Shown here piece by piece: positions 36,502 to 48,117 of a stretch of DNA of 64,000 bases. The translations under genes were made by a program, and so were the position numbers. The stretch lies in assembly GCA_010093815.1 (NCBI GenBank), contig ML996574.1, one strand, 5' to 3'. This DNA is from Pseudovirgaria hyperparasitica (lineage: Eukaryota). Numbering within the stretch: position 1 is the first letter of the stretch; each line of letters opens with the position of its first letter. Below the pieces are notes generated by a model. That model was not told where the DNA came from. It searched no databases and worked only from the letters and a program-made list of their open reading frames with translations.

Positions 36502-39500
36502 ATGAACAACACCTCGATGGTCGCTCGACCTGCCGCAGTACACCAGCAGAAGCCAATCCGATTCGTTACAAACAACGACGGCCCCTACGCAAAGAGACGA
36601 AGAATCAACTCAGCTTGCCTGACATGTCGGAGAAGGAAGACTCGCTGCTCTGGTACGTCGAGCCAGTCTACCCCGCAACATTCGTCGACTAACACAACCT
36701 GTAGGCGAGAAACCAGTCTGTGGGACCTGTATTCAAAACAAGCACGAGTGTGGAGGATATGGCAACGAGAACGATCAATTGACGTCTGGGAATAACGAGT
36801 CACGAGTGGACGACCAACGATTGCGGGTAAAGAGATCATACCAAGCAGTCCTCAACGAAGACCAGGAGTTGCACACTGCAACGACGATATCCAGAGAAGT
36901 AAGCAAGCCGGAGCATGCACCGTTACGGAAGACCATTTCTGGAGACTCCATACTGTCCAGCAGCAGTCCCGCTGCTGGTGGCGGCGAAAGGAGAACGCCT
37001 CCCGATTCAAACACACTCAGTCTCAGCACGAGGAATCGTATGCCATATTTTCGGTACTTCGGTCCCACCGCCATCATGCCCGGCTTCAAACAGATGGTTG
37101 TCAAAGTTCGTGGCAAGGCACAGGGCACAGGTGGAAGTAATTCAGGATGTATGCATGTCGAAAGCCCCGCGCGAATCCATCCACTAATATTCCCATAGAT
37201 GATTCGCAGTCGGCAAAGGGCGCTGGACTGACCACTGGTGTTACTCCATCCTACCAAGGCGCCGAAGAAGCTACTCCTGTAGAGATACCGGTGTACGACA
37301 CCTCTGCCATGGCTCCACCTCCACTGATCACCACTCTCTGTAAACTCTTCTTTAGTCACGTGGGATGTAACTTCCCCTTCTTACAAAAGGACAGGTTTAT
37401 GCGAGATCTGGAAGAGAAGCAAGTCGATTCCATCCTAGTCGACGCCGTCTGTGGTGTGGCTGCGAGGTTCTCGACAGATCCCATGTTCACCGGCAAGCCC
37501 ACCCAAGCGGACGATACCACCAGGCCAGATCATTCACCATCAGACCACGGCGCCGCCTTTTCCCAACGAGCAAAGTCTGCCATTGCAGATACCTTTGCTT
37601 GCCCTAGTGTGGCTGTTGTCCAAGCTGCTTTGCTTCTTGCGTATGATGAATTCGGTGCAAGCCGGGATAGCGGATTGTGGATGTACCTCGGCATCGCCAT
37701 CCGCATGGCCCAAGACTTGGGTATGCAAACATTAGAGGGACTAAGGTACGAAGGCCGTACTGGGCCCAATCCGCAGAGCATCAAGCTTGCAGGCTCAAAA
37801 GATGGTCAGCACTCTCCGCGTCGAAGCACAAGCCCGGCTGCACTCTCGGGAGACAACGCGGCAGAACAAAAGGCTGTAGAACGAGAACGCATCGACACGT
37901 TCTGGACAGTCTTTTTTCTCGATCGTGTAATCTCTTCTGGAACAGGTCGGCCTGTCACGCTTCGTGATCGCGACATTGAGATATCGTTTCCGCCCTTGGA
38001 CGAAGACGACGTTACCACTGGATGGCCTGCACCTTTCCCGGCCCTCATCAGAGTCATTCATCTGTATGGACGTGTGACGGATCTTCTCAACAGCATCCGA
38101 GATGTTTCTCATGTCACTCCGGACGTTTTGAAGAAGTTGAAGTCAATGGAGGTTCAGTTGACGGAGATCTACCAAGGGCTATCATCGAAGCTTCACTTTA
38201 ACGCCATCAACTTCCAGCATTACGTCAAGGCAGGCCAAGGGACGAATTTCATTCTATTGCATTTATGGTTTCACACTCTGATCGTACTACTCCACCAGCC
38301 CACCCTTTTGAAGACGTTCGAGGGTGAAATTGAGCAAGTGCTGCCGAACAGCCGCGAGCTCTCCATGTCGTCAGCAAAGACGATTGCCGACATCCTAGCA
38401 TTCGCTGAATTGATTGATTCCAAGACTGGAATGGGCAGCCCCTTTTCGAGTCAACCAATCTACATTGCAGCCTGCGCCTTTCTGAAAGAGATCTCTCTCC
38501 TCACCGTCTCTTCCAACCCGCAGTCGAGGCTTGGTACACCGCCACCCATCATGTCTTCCGATAGCTCGTTAACATCTCCCTCTACCCTGCAAGAGTCGCC
38601 ATCGACAGGTGTGAGGTTTGCGAAAGGAGAAACGAAAGACGGCAGCATCGCAGTGGATCAGAAAAAGGCTGCAAAGGACACTCTACTTGCGACAGCTGCA
38701 AACCAAAACTACCATCGTTGTTATCGCGGCCTGAAGTATCTAGAGTACTACTGGTCTGGATGCAAATACATATTGACAGTCTTGGATCAGAAGGCCAAGG
38801 GCGTAGGCGACCCGCTACTGTACGACCGAGAGGAGATGGAGAGCGCACTTGAAGTGCCTCAGCCCGAAGCTGCTTTTACATCACCTGGTTGGAGGCGGAA
38901 GCTATCATGGGGAACATATCTGACGGCACAAGGTCTGGGCGACGTGCCAGCGCTACGCAACAGACCTGGGGGGCTTGCTATGGGCGATGGCATGTCTGCG
39001 AAGATGGAATCAAGCCAAGGCAAGCCCACTCCAACAAGTCTAGGGGTTGATGCTAATTGTCCACTAGCAATTGGCTGGTCATTGACTGGCACGATGAATT
39101 CTCCTTGCACAAGTCTGGCCGTGTTGTATTCTAGCGACAATCATCCATCAGTCGGCCGCCCCCCTACGGAGAAGGACCACAACCCGCCAGTTGCATCAGA
39201 TCCACGGTTCAGGAGTATAGCCAGCCCATCACCAAACACCCTCTCAGTCTCTTCGCCACACCTTCCGAGCCGTCCTCCCCGAAACTTTACCAGTCCTACC
39301 GCACTACCAGAAATGCCCCCGCCGAATACCTCCACCGCCTTCCAACCACCACCACCCCCAATCCCAAATGAACGACCCTCCATGATGTCGGATGCCGATC
39401 TCCTCTTGAACCTGCATTCGCCATACTCGACCGCCTCGCCTCAGCTGAGCAATCCCGGCATGCCTTATATGCCGACCTCGCAGCTGCCTCGAGGCCCAAC

Positions 39501-39756
39501 CTCGGGCGACTTTGCCTCTCCGCAGCCTGGGACAGACCAGTATTCCACCAACGGTCTCCACTACCAGTCCTTCAACTACGGCGACATGATGATTGAGAGT
39601 CAGGACATTGATATCAGCGCGCTCAACGACGACGCCATGTCGTGGTTCGAGTACCTCCCGCCCGAGCTGATGGGCATGTACGAGAACAACGGGGGCATGC
39701 CGCCTCCCTTTCCGCATTCCGGACACGGGCCCGACACGCCTGGATCCGGGCGTTGA
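36502..39756 (+). CDS. Zn2Cys6 transcription factor with a fungal-specific middle homology domain; introns 36653-36704, 37149-37198 and GC-AG 39020-39067
   Basis: ACLTCRRRKTRCSG|EKPVCGTCIQNKHECGGY; FFSHVGCNFPFL, WMYLGIAIRMAQDLG, TFWTVFFLDR, GRPVTL. Confidence 0.93.
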
Positions 39757-40386
39757 GGCGGCGTGCATCGTCTCAGTTCCACATGGCACATTCATACAAC
39801 CTCCTTCCTCTTCATCATAATCATACACAAGACAGCTGTTCTCCCCCGCGTCTCCCCAGACTGATATACAACGCAAAACATACCAACCGACCACTCTTTC
39901 CTCTGCTGTACATACATTACTTCCCCCAGCCCTCTATAATCTACTCATTGAGCATGTTGTTGTTTCTGTTGCATTTGGATGGTGGCGGTGGGTGCTGGTG
40001 GTCGTCGTCGTCGTCGTCCTTTTTTGTGTGCATGCATGACATGGCATTTATTTAGCGAAAAACCGCATACCCCCCTTCTTCTGCTCGTATCAAAATTGTT
40101 TGTTTGTGTTGAGTCATCGTGCATTTGCCTCCGCCACCCTGGGAGTGCATGCAATACTGCTTGTTCTGGTTGCTGGTCTTTTGGGCTGCGGTGGGGTGGG
40201 AAGAAGGGAAGGGGGTGTTGGGCGGGAGGGGGGAGGTTTGTGGATGTGCGTAGGATACGTATATATATTTTGTGATGTTAATATATATGATATATATATA
40301 TATATACATGCGCGTTCGTCCCGTCCGTTCGTGCAATATTGCTGTGTTGAACACTTGTTTGCCTATTCTCTACCTCATCCACCTAA

Positions 40387-40481
40387 CTCATCCACTCCCT
40401 CATCCACTCCCTCATCCACTCCCTCATCCACTCCCTCATCCACTCCCTCATCCACTCCCTCATCCACTCCCTCATCCACTC
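40387..40481. repeat. 12-bp tandem repeat (CTCATCCACTCC)n, about 8 copies, running into the gap
   Basis: Read directly. Confidence 0.95.
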
Positions 40482-41386
40482 NNNNNNNNNNNNNNNNNNN
40501 NNNNNNNNNNNNNNNNNNNNNNNNNNNNNNNNNNNNNNNNNNNNNNNNNNNNNNNNNNNNNNNNNNNNNNNNNNNNNNNNNNNNNNNNNNNNNNNNNNNN
40601 NNNNNNNNNNNNNNNNNNNNNNNNNNNNNNNNNNNNNNNNNNNNNNNNNNNNNNNNNNNNNNNNNNNNNNNNNNNNNNNNNNNNNNNNNNNNNNNNNNNN
40701 NNNNNNNNNNNNNNNNNNNNNNNNNNNNNNNNNNNNNNNNNNNNNNNNNNNNNNNNNNNNNNNNNNNNNNNNNNNNNNNNNNNNNNNNNNNNNNNNNNNN
40801 NNNNNNNNNNNNNNNNNNNNNNNNNNNNNNNNNNNNNNNNNNNNNNNNNNNNNNNNNNNNNNNNNNNNNNNNNNNNNNNNNNNNNNNNNNNNNNNNNNNN
40901 NNNNNNNNNNNNNNNNNNNNNNNNNNNNNNNNNNNNNNNNNNNNNNNNNNNNNNNNNNNNNNNNNNNNNNNNNNNNNNNNNNNNNNNNNNNNNNNNNNNN
41001 NNNNNNNNNNNNNNNNNNNNNNNNNNNNNNNNNNNNNNNNNNNNNNNNNNNNNNNNNNNNNNNNNNNNNNNNNNNNNNNNNNNNNNNNNNNNNNNNNNNN
41101 NNNNNNNNNNNNNNNNNNNNNNNNNNNNNNNNNNNNNNNNNNNNNNNNNNNNNNNNNNNNNNNNNNNNNNNNNNNNNNNNNNNNNNNNNNNNNNNNNNNN
41201 NNNNNNNNNNNNNNNNNNNNNNNNNNNNNNNNNNNNNNNNNNNNNNNNNNNNNNNNNNNNNNNNNNNNNNNNNNNNNNNNNNNNNNNNNNNNNNNNNNNN
41301 NNNNNNNNNNNNNNNNNNNNNNNNNNNNNNNNNNNNNNNNNNNNNNNNNNNNNNNNNNNNNNNNNNNNNNNNNNNNNNNNNNNNNN
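40482..41386. other. Assembly gap (905 N)
   Basis: Run of N. Confidence 1.
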
Positions 41387-41410
41387 TCCCATCTCCCATC
41401 TCCCCCCTAC

Positions 41411-44400
41411 CTACGGCGCCCCCCGACTCAACACCGGCGCATCCGCCCCAGTAAGCGCACCATGCGGCACAGACACAGACCCAGACACATCACCACCACC
41501 ACCACCACCACCAATCTGCACCTTCTTGCTCTGCGTCGCACCACCCGTCGCACCACCACCACCACCAACACCACCACCCACACCCCCACCATTCGCCGTC
41601 CAATTATCCAACAACCTACCCACCTCCCTAAAACTAACCGGCTTAGTCATATACAAATCAAACCCGCACAGAAACGCCTCGCTCTGATCACGCTCACTCG
41701 CCAGGCCCGTCAGCGCAATAATCAGCGCCGGAGGCTGTTGCTGCTGCTGCGTAAGACGATCCCCCGCCGCAAGTCTAGCGCAAGCCTGGGCCTCGATATG
41801 GCGGATATGGCGGGTAGCCGTGAAGCCGTCGGTGGGCATGCTGAGATCCATAAAGATGATCTGCGGGGGTGTAGGGGGGTCGGCGGAGAAGAGGCGTTCA
41901 AAGGTTGAGATGGCGACGCTGCCGTCGTCGGCGAGGAAGACTTTTGAGGACGGGATTGCGCGTTTGGTCATGTATGTTTGGAGGAGGCGGAGGTTGATTT
42001 TGTTGTCGTCGACGAGGAGGAGGCGGGGGATGATTTTTTCCGAGGGGGAGGTGGGTTGGGTGCGGAGGGATGGGGGTGTGATTGTGAGGGCTGCGGTGGT
42101 GCTCATGGGTGAGACGGCGATGTTTTCGTAGGATGTTGGCTCGGTCTTTCTTGCGGATAGCTGTCTGTGTACTGGCGGTCGAGTTGAAGGGCTCGACACG
42201 ATGGGAGGTCGCGGTGTAGTCGCGGCATCAGTAGATGCTGGTGTGGTTGTAGTGCCGCTGGTAGAGCTGTTTACGGGCGCGAGCGCAACATCCGAGGGAA
42301 AGGGGAAGCCACCGTTCGCCGCACCAGCATTTGCTGAATGATGCGGGTGCCGTGAATCACTTAATGTCTCTACAGTGTTCATGGCCATCTGCGCATTCAT
42401 GCTATCCTCGCGAGCAAGAGTGTTTCCAGCCTGAATGATGTTGACGTCGGCCTGTTCGGCGCTGGACGGCGCAAGTGTTGCGCGCTCGACGCCCTCCACA
42501 ATCGTCTCCACAGCGATCGAATTACGGTGTGAAGATGTAGCGCTATGGCCATTCGTGATTGCATGCACTTTCTCGAGTCCAAGCTTCAGAGCCGTGGCCA
42601 GCTTATACGGACCTACAGGTAGACTGACAAACTCCAAAGTCCCTGCGGTAGAGAACGCCTTCACAGTAGCATGTCTGGAGGCGTTGGTGCATAAGACAAT
42701 AATGAGGGCGTGCTTATCAGCGGATGAAAGCTGCGTAAAGTCAGTCAGCCAGCATTCCAAGTCTTGTAAAAGGCCAAGCTTACATTGCGTTGTGCAGACA
42801 GAAGCGCCTGTAGGTCAATCTCGTCTACAACAATGACATCCGGATTCAGCTGCGAGGTCCAGTCGACTACCGCGCCAAACTTGTACCACTCAGTAAAGTA
42901 CTGTGTGAGACACTGCTTGAGTGACGCGGCGCTCTGCGCGTGATGCGCCGCCTCCTCCCGGTGCTCCGTCCAGAAGTGGGCAACGAGTCGATCCTGGCAA
43001 AGGGTCTGCAAGGCAGCAATGCAGTCAAACTTCCCCCGGTCCGGCACACTCGTGACAGAGGTTGGCGTAGACGCAGTTGTACTACTCCCAGGAGGCGAGG
43101 TTTTGGCCATCGGTAGCTTGACAGTGACTTCCGTCCCAATGCCAACCTCACTCTGGATAGAGATGTCGCCATTCAGCATCGCTATAATCTCCTTGACGAG
43201 CGACAGCCCAAGACCAGTCCCGGGGTTCAGCGAATTCTCCTGGCTAAACGGCGTGAACAGCTTCGAGCGCATAAATTGTGGCGAGATGCCCTGTCCTGTA
43301 TCTTTGACTCGCAGCCGTACCATGGTGGCCTCTTCGGCAGGCTTCCCCTTGTCCCTGTCATCGGCGACAATGTCCAATGCGACTATGATATGACCGCGCT
43401 GTGTGTACTTGAGCGCATTCCCAAACAAATTCATGACTATTCTGCGGAACGCGCCGGGCTGCGTCAAGAAAGACCAGCTTTCGCGACGCTCGATATCAAT
43501 AATGATCTCAACATCAGCCCGTTGGATTGCGAAGCGACTGTTTGGAGCATTGCTCCTCATTGACCTGCTGCGGGCTGGCAAGGCTAGATCGGCAGTATCG
43601 TATTTGCTAATGTCCCTGAACTCCTTTCCGGTAGCAACACCCTCGACCACTTCCTCGGTAATCACGGACAAATCGACGAAGCCGTATATGTTCAGCGAAG
43701 GGTTCGGGAAATTCGACTTGCCCTCGCCCCTCCCCTTTCTGTCTCTGTCAATACGAGCTGCATTTCGCTCAAAGTTGTTCAGCTTGGAGTAGTCCAGGAC
43801 CATCGATATGGTATCAAGCAGGGTCACAGCACAGCTGTTGGCAGTATCAATCAAGGAGTGCTGAAAGGCCGTGCAATCGGTATCGTTGAGAAACTCCATA
43901 GACCCAAGGATCCCATGAAGCGGAGACCTAAGCTCATGAGATATCGAGCCGATGAAATTCTGCTTCTGCAGATCCGCACTGAGCGTCGCCAGCCTTGAGA
44001 TCTCCGTCGCCACACAATTGCAAAACGCAATACTGTAGAGAAAGTCCGTGGCCCTGGAGATTGTACGGAACTGTGACGAGTTGTAAATGAAGCACGGTGC
44101 CCATCGTCCGGATATAGAGTCCCACAACGGCACGAATGTGATCTGCCTTGCTCCTGGAAAGTGAAAGGCCAGCTGATCCATGTCTTCCCTCTGTTGATCC
44201 TGGGGCATGCTATCACGCCGGCCATGCGAATTCGCGGTACCTGGCGTTTGCCCATCACTAGATGGAGTCGAAGCGAGGTACAGGTCGGCGTCAAGAGTAA
44301 AGAGCTTCCCTCGGGGGTACTTCTGAATCATCTTTCCTAGGGCGGAAGGCGGTAAGGGTATGTAAGACGGATATGCGCTTGCCAAGGTAGCCGGAGAATG

Positions 44401-45748
44401 TGCTCCGCCAAGGACCTCACACGGCTTTTCGTTGTAATTGCTAAAATACGACTCCCTCTCTTTGTTTGAAAGGAACTGCGTCGGTGTGGCGATGATACTG
44501 CTGATGCTTCCACGGCGATCTGGACTGGTAGGAATATCCGGTATGTCTGGCGCCTGGCTGGGATCAGGCGTAGGTTTTTGGTTAGAAAAGCTCGCATGCG
44601 TGCCCCTTGATGTATCAAGCATGAACACAACACCGCCTCCGCCCTCGAGCGACATGGACTCGTAGAGCAGACTGGCCGCTCTCTTGTACGTGCTGACATG
44701 CTCAGTATCCTCGACATTGACATTCTGATCAGCCTGCGACTTGGTGTTTACATGCGTCGATTCCAGCACATCGTCACTGGCCATCCGAGCCACGGACATG
44801 CGTCGAGGACTCACAGGGTCTATGAGCTCGGTGTAATCGTCGTAGGTCGGCATGGTCGGCGATGCCAGCGACTCCTTGGCCAAGGACTGGATTATCGAGT
44901 TCTTCGTGGCAGACATGCCTCTCTTCCGCTTTCTGCTTGCATACTCTGGATCGACAAACGCCGCAAGACACATGTTCATGTTGAGAGCCCTTCTTTTGTC
45001 CGCCTTGTCCCGGAGCAGCTCTAGATGCGTCATGACGTTCTTTGCGATGCCGGCCATGAATTGCAGCATCCTGGGAGCAATGGGCTTGCGTGGCACGACA
45101 TCGACGGCGAATAGAGAGCCAATATTGATGCCTTTTTTCGTAGTGATTGGCACTCCACAGTAGTATCGAAAGCTCGGGGGCCCCGCAATGAACGGGAGAT
45201 GGTTGTAGCGGGGATCCTCGGCGAGGTTGAGGATCTCAAAATACGCTGGATCGCCAGGATTCTTGGGCTGCTGTTGTAGAGTCTGCTCGCACAATCGCCC
45301 TTCTCTGGGAACACTGGTACACTACCACAACTGGTCAGCAATCTTGCCGCATTGAAAGCCATGTGAAGAATGCTTACAGCTGCCCATTCCGTCTCGTCAT
45401 ACGTCTCCGAACCATCGAACCCGCCAACGCCCTCAGCAACAAAATACTGCGTCTGTCGATCTGTGAGGGAGACGAGGGCGCGGTCGCAATTCAATCGGTA
45501 GGCTAGCAGCTGTGCCTGGGATGTCAGGACCGAGTCTGGCTCGGAGCTGCGCTTGACACCAATAGTGTTCGGTCTGAAATACTTGTACAGCTCCTAGAAC
45601 GTCCAGAGACACCCGTCAGCACTTTATTCTCGAAACCCCGGGCGATTGGAGTAGCCCAGCTGACACGTACCTTTGCGCGGATGCCATGGTTGTCTGCCAC
45701 CACAGGCTCTTGCACAGCAGCAGCCTGTTGCCGGCTATCGCAGTCCAT
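41411..45748 (-). CDS. Cytoplasmic hybrid histidine kinase (GAF-like, HisKA, HATPase, receiver); exons 45748-45671, 45593-45378, 45321-42784, 42730-41411
   Basis: QLLAYRLNCDRALVSL, RYYCGVPI; H-box FIGSISHELRSPLHGILG; N-box NLFGNALKYT; DTGQGI, LFTPFSQE, GTGLGL; receiver LLVDDN, FMDLSMP, IALTG, TKP. Confidence 0.95.
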
Positions 45749-46383
45749 ACGGAGCTAGCTGCGGAGATGAGATGTGCGTGGATATGGTGTGAGAGGGCAG
45801 TCTAGGAAGAAGGAAGCTGGTCATATTGTGGCATGAGAGGTTCGTACAGGATTGTAATATCAGTCGTTTTCTTTGCGGCCGCAAACGAGGCCCATGGGAG
45901 TTGCAGGGATCAGCGCCAATCGACGAGGGGCCCAGCCACTGTTTGTGTATGGGTGGCACGGCCAGTGAACCCTGATTGTGTGGCGGTGCGCGGACCTAGT
46001 GCCGACATCTAGACCACTTCCCCACTGTCGATCAAGACAGATTACTGATATTTATGCCCTCATGTGTGAGAAGAGTATGCAGTGTCTGTCAGTTTCCGAG
46101 TTCACAACATGTACGGTATCCACACTCCAGGCGGCATATTATGTCCCGAGAAGGAGCCTACACAAGCAGAAGCATGTAGGTACTTAATTCCCGAGGAAAA
46201 AGACTTATGTAACTACTGGCCAGCAGACATACCCAGGTATCCATGCACTGCAGCCATAAACGTATGGACAATCGATGATAACAAGCTATACTGAACTGTT
46301 GCGTTAAACAGCGCTGCGCGTCACTCTTATCCTATCCCGCACTTACATCCCTTATCCCTACGCCAAACCATCCATCCCCCTCC

Positions 46384-47364
46384 CTAGACCGCATCAGCCG
46401 TCTCCGTCGGCGGATGACAGACATGGCAATCCTCATATATGATCCCACAAAAGTCACGGATCGGCTGCCGGGTGTCCGAATCATCCGCGATGAAATGCCC
46501 CCTGACACACTCCCACTTCCACAGCCCATCCACACTCGACCTCCGCAGGCGATTCTCAAGCCATCTACCCAGCTGGTTCTCGCCGGGCGTCCACGAGTCG
46601 AGGCTGAAGCGGATGCTGTCAAACTTGACGCCTTCTGCAGTCTTGAACGCCTGGCTCGCGTGGTACCATACCTATAGTCAGATGTCAGTTCGGCCATTAC
46701 GGGGAGGGAAGGAGACAGGTCCAAAAAGTAGCTGTCTCAAGTTTGTTTATGAACGACATACCCAGAGCGGATTCCAGAGAGGATTGCTAATGGGCCGGAT
46801 ATGCAGCGTGACAGACTCCAGCCGCTCACATTTTCGCAGCTTCTCGCACACGCGGTCGCACAGCGCCCATTCCAAGGGCATGAAGCGCGGATCGTGGGTG
46901 CCCATCATGGCCGGCGTGGTGGCGAAGCGCAGCTCGCATCTGCGGATGCTCTTGAGCATCTGCGCGCTGATGGTCCAGAGAGAGGCGTCCTTGTAGTTGT
47001 GCTCGTCGACGTAGAGTGTGAACTTGGACTTTGCGCTCATGACATCGTGGAACTCGCGGTGGAGCTGGTGGTTCGCCATCATGACGCCGGCATGCTTCGA
47101 GAGACTTGAGCGTCGGTTGAACAGGCTGTTGAATCGATCTAGTCGTGTCTGAGATCGTTGCGGTGTCTTTGTTGGGTAGGATATTCCTTCCTCTGGCAGC
47201 AACTCATCGTACACCATATCTCGCAGCTCAGCGGGGAGGTTGAGGAACGGAAAGGGCTTCATCTCCTGCTGCGGCCGCGTCGATAGCCAGTATACGAAGA
47301 GCAACGGTACTGAGATAAGTATGGCTACTGCCAATGTGCTGATAGTCCCATGATCCAAAGCCAT
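46384..47364 (-). CDS. Protein with an N-terminal TM segment and an F-box-like (FLxLPAELR) motif; exons 47364-46762, 46671-46384
   Basis: TLAVAILISVPLLFVYWL, then PFPFLNLPAELRDMVY. Splicing gives NPLWNPLW|VWYHASQAFK...WECVRGH...FCG..YEDCHVC. Confidence 0.78.
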
Positions 47365-48117
47365 GATGATGTACGATATACGTCTCGATTGATCAAAGAT
47401 CAAAGCAGGTGTGAATTCAACGAACCTTGGAGAGGAAAGAAAACCCCAGCAAAGTCCACGATGCTCCCAGGCAGCTGCAGTTGACCAAGGACAATAGACT
47501 GGTACCTAAATGCTAAATGCTGATGAATAGCTGGAGATAGATGGCCAATAAGTGCTGCCTGTCAGCCACGGCGATCACAGTCGCGGCTAACGAATGGAAT
47601 TGAAAGCACCGTCCCGTCACGCGCTACGAGTGAAACAATAGGCTCGCACCTCCGGCATCGTCGGCTCGATGGGTGCCGTTCGCAAAGTATATCTCTCCAG
47701 CGGTGAATTCGCGAGTGAACTGGGGATGGAGGCTACATACGAGCTCATTGTTTACATAGGGATGTTTGCAATCTAGAGACAGTGGACCGGATCTATTTTT
47801 GGCTTTATGGCGGCCTGAGGCTGTCACAGCGCCCCTTAGTAGGCTAAACTCTGGCAGGTGTGGGGCGTCTATCGGATGGATGGGGCTCAGCTCAGGTACC
47901 CGTCCGCTTACCATGTGGCAGACAGGTGCGACAGGAGATGTTAAATTGTTATTAACATCTTAGTATATTATTGTTCTCTGCGTGTCACAAAGAGAGCTGA
48001 TTACAGGGATGCATCACGGAGAGGGCTCCGTCCGATACAGGGGTGGCCGTTGTGACTGTTGTACAGGAGCAAACTGTTTATTTCACTTCTGGGCTGACCC
48101 TCTTACGTAGGATTGGC

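Noticed and set aside
40387..40481. 12-bp array (and the 18-bp array at 56948-57060) considered as CRISPR or telomeric repeats
   Set aside because: No spacers, eukaryotic context, and not TTAGGG.
40100..41908. ORFs of 300-600 aa spanning the N run
   Set aside because: Artefacts of translating the assembly gap.
47600..47900. RNase MRP/P identity suggested by ATGGGGCTCA at about 47880
   Set aside because: The partner CR-I motif (GAAAGTCCCC-like) needed for helix P4 is not present.
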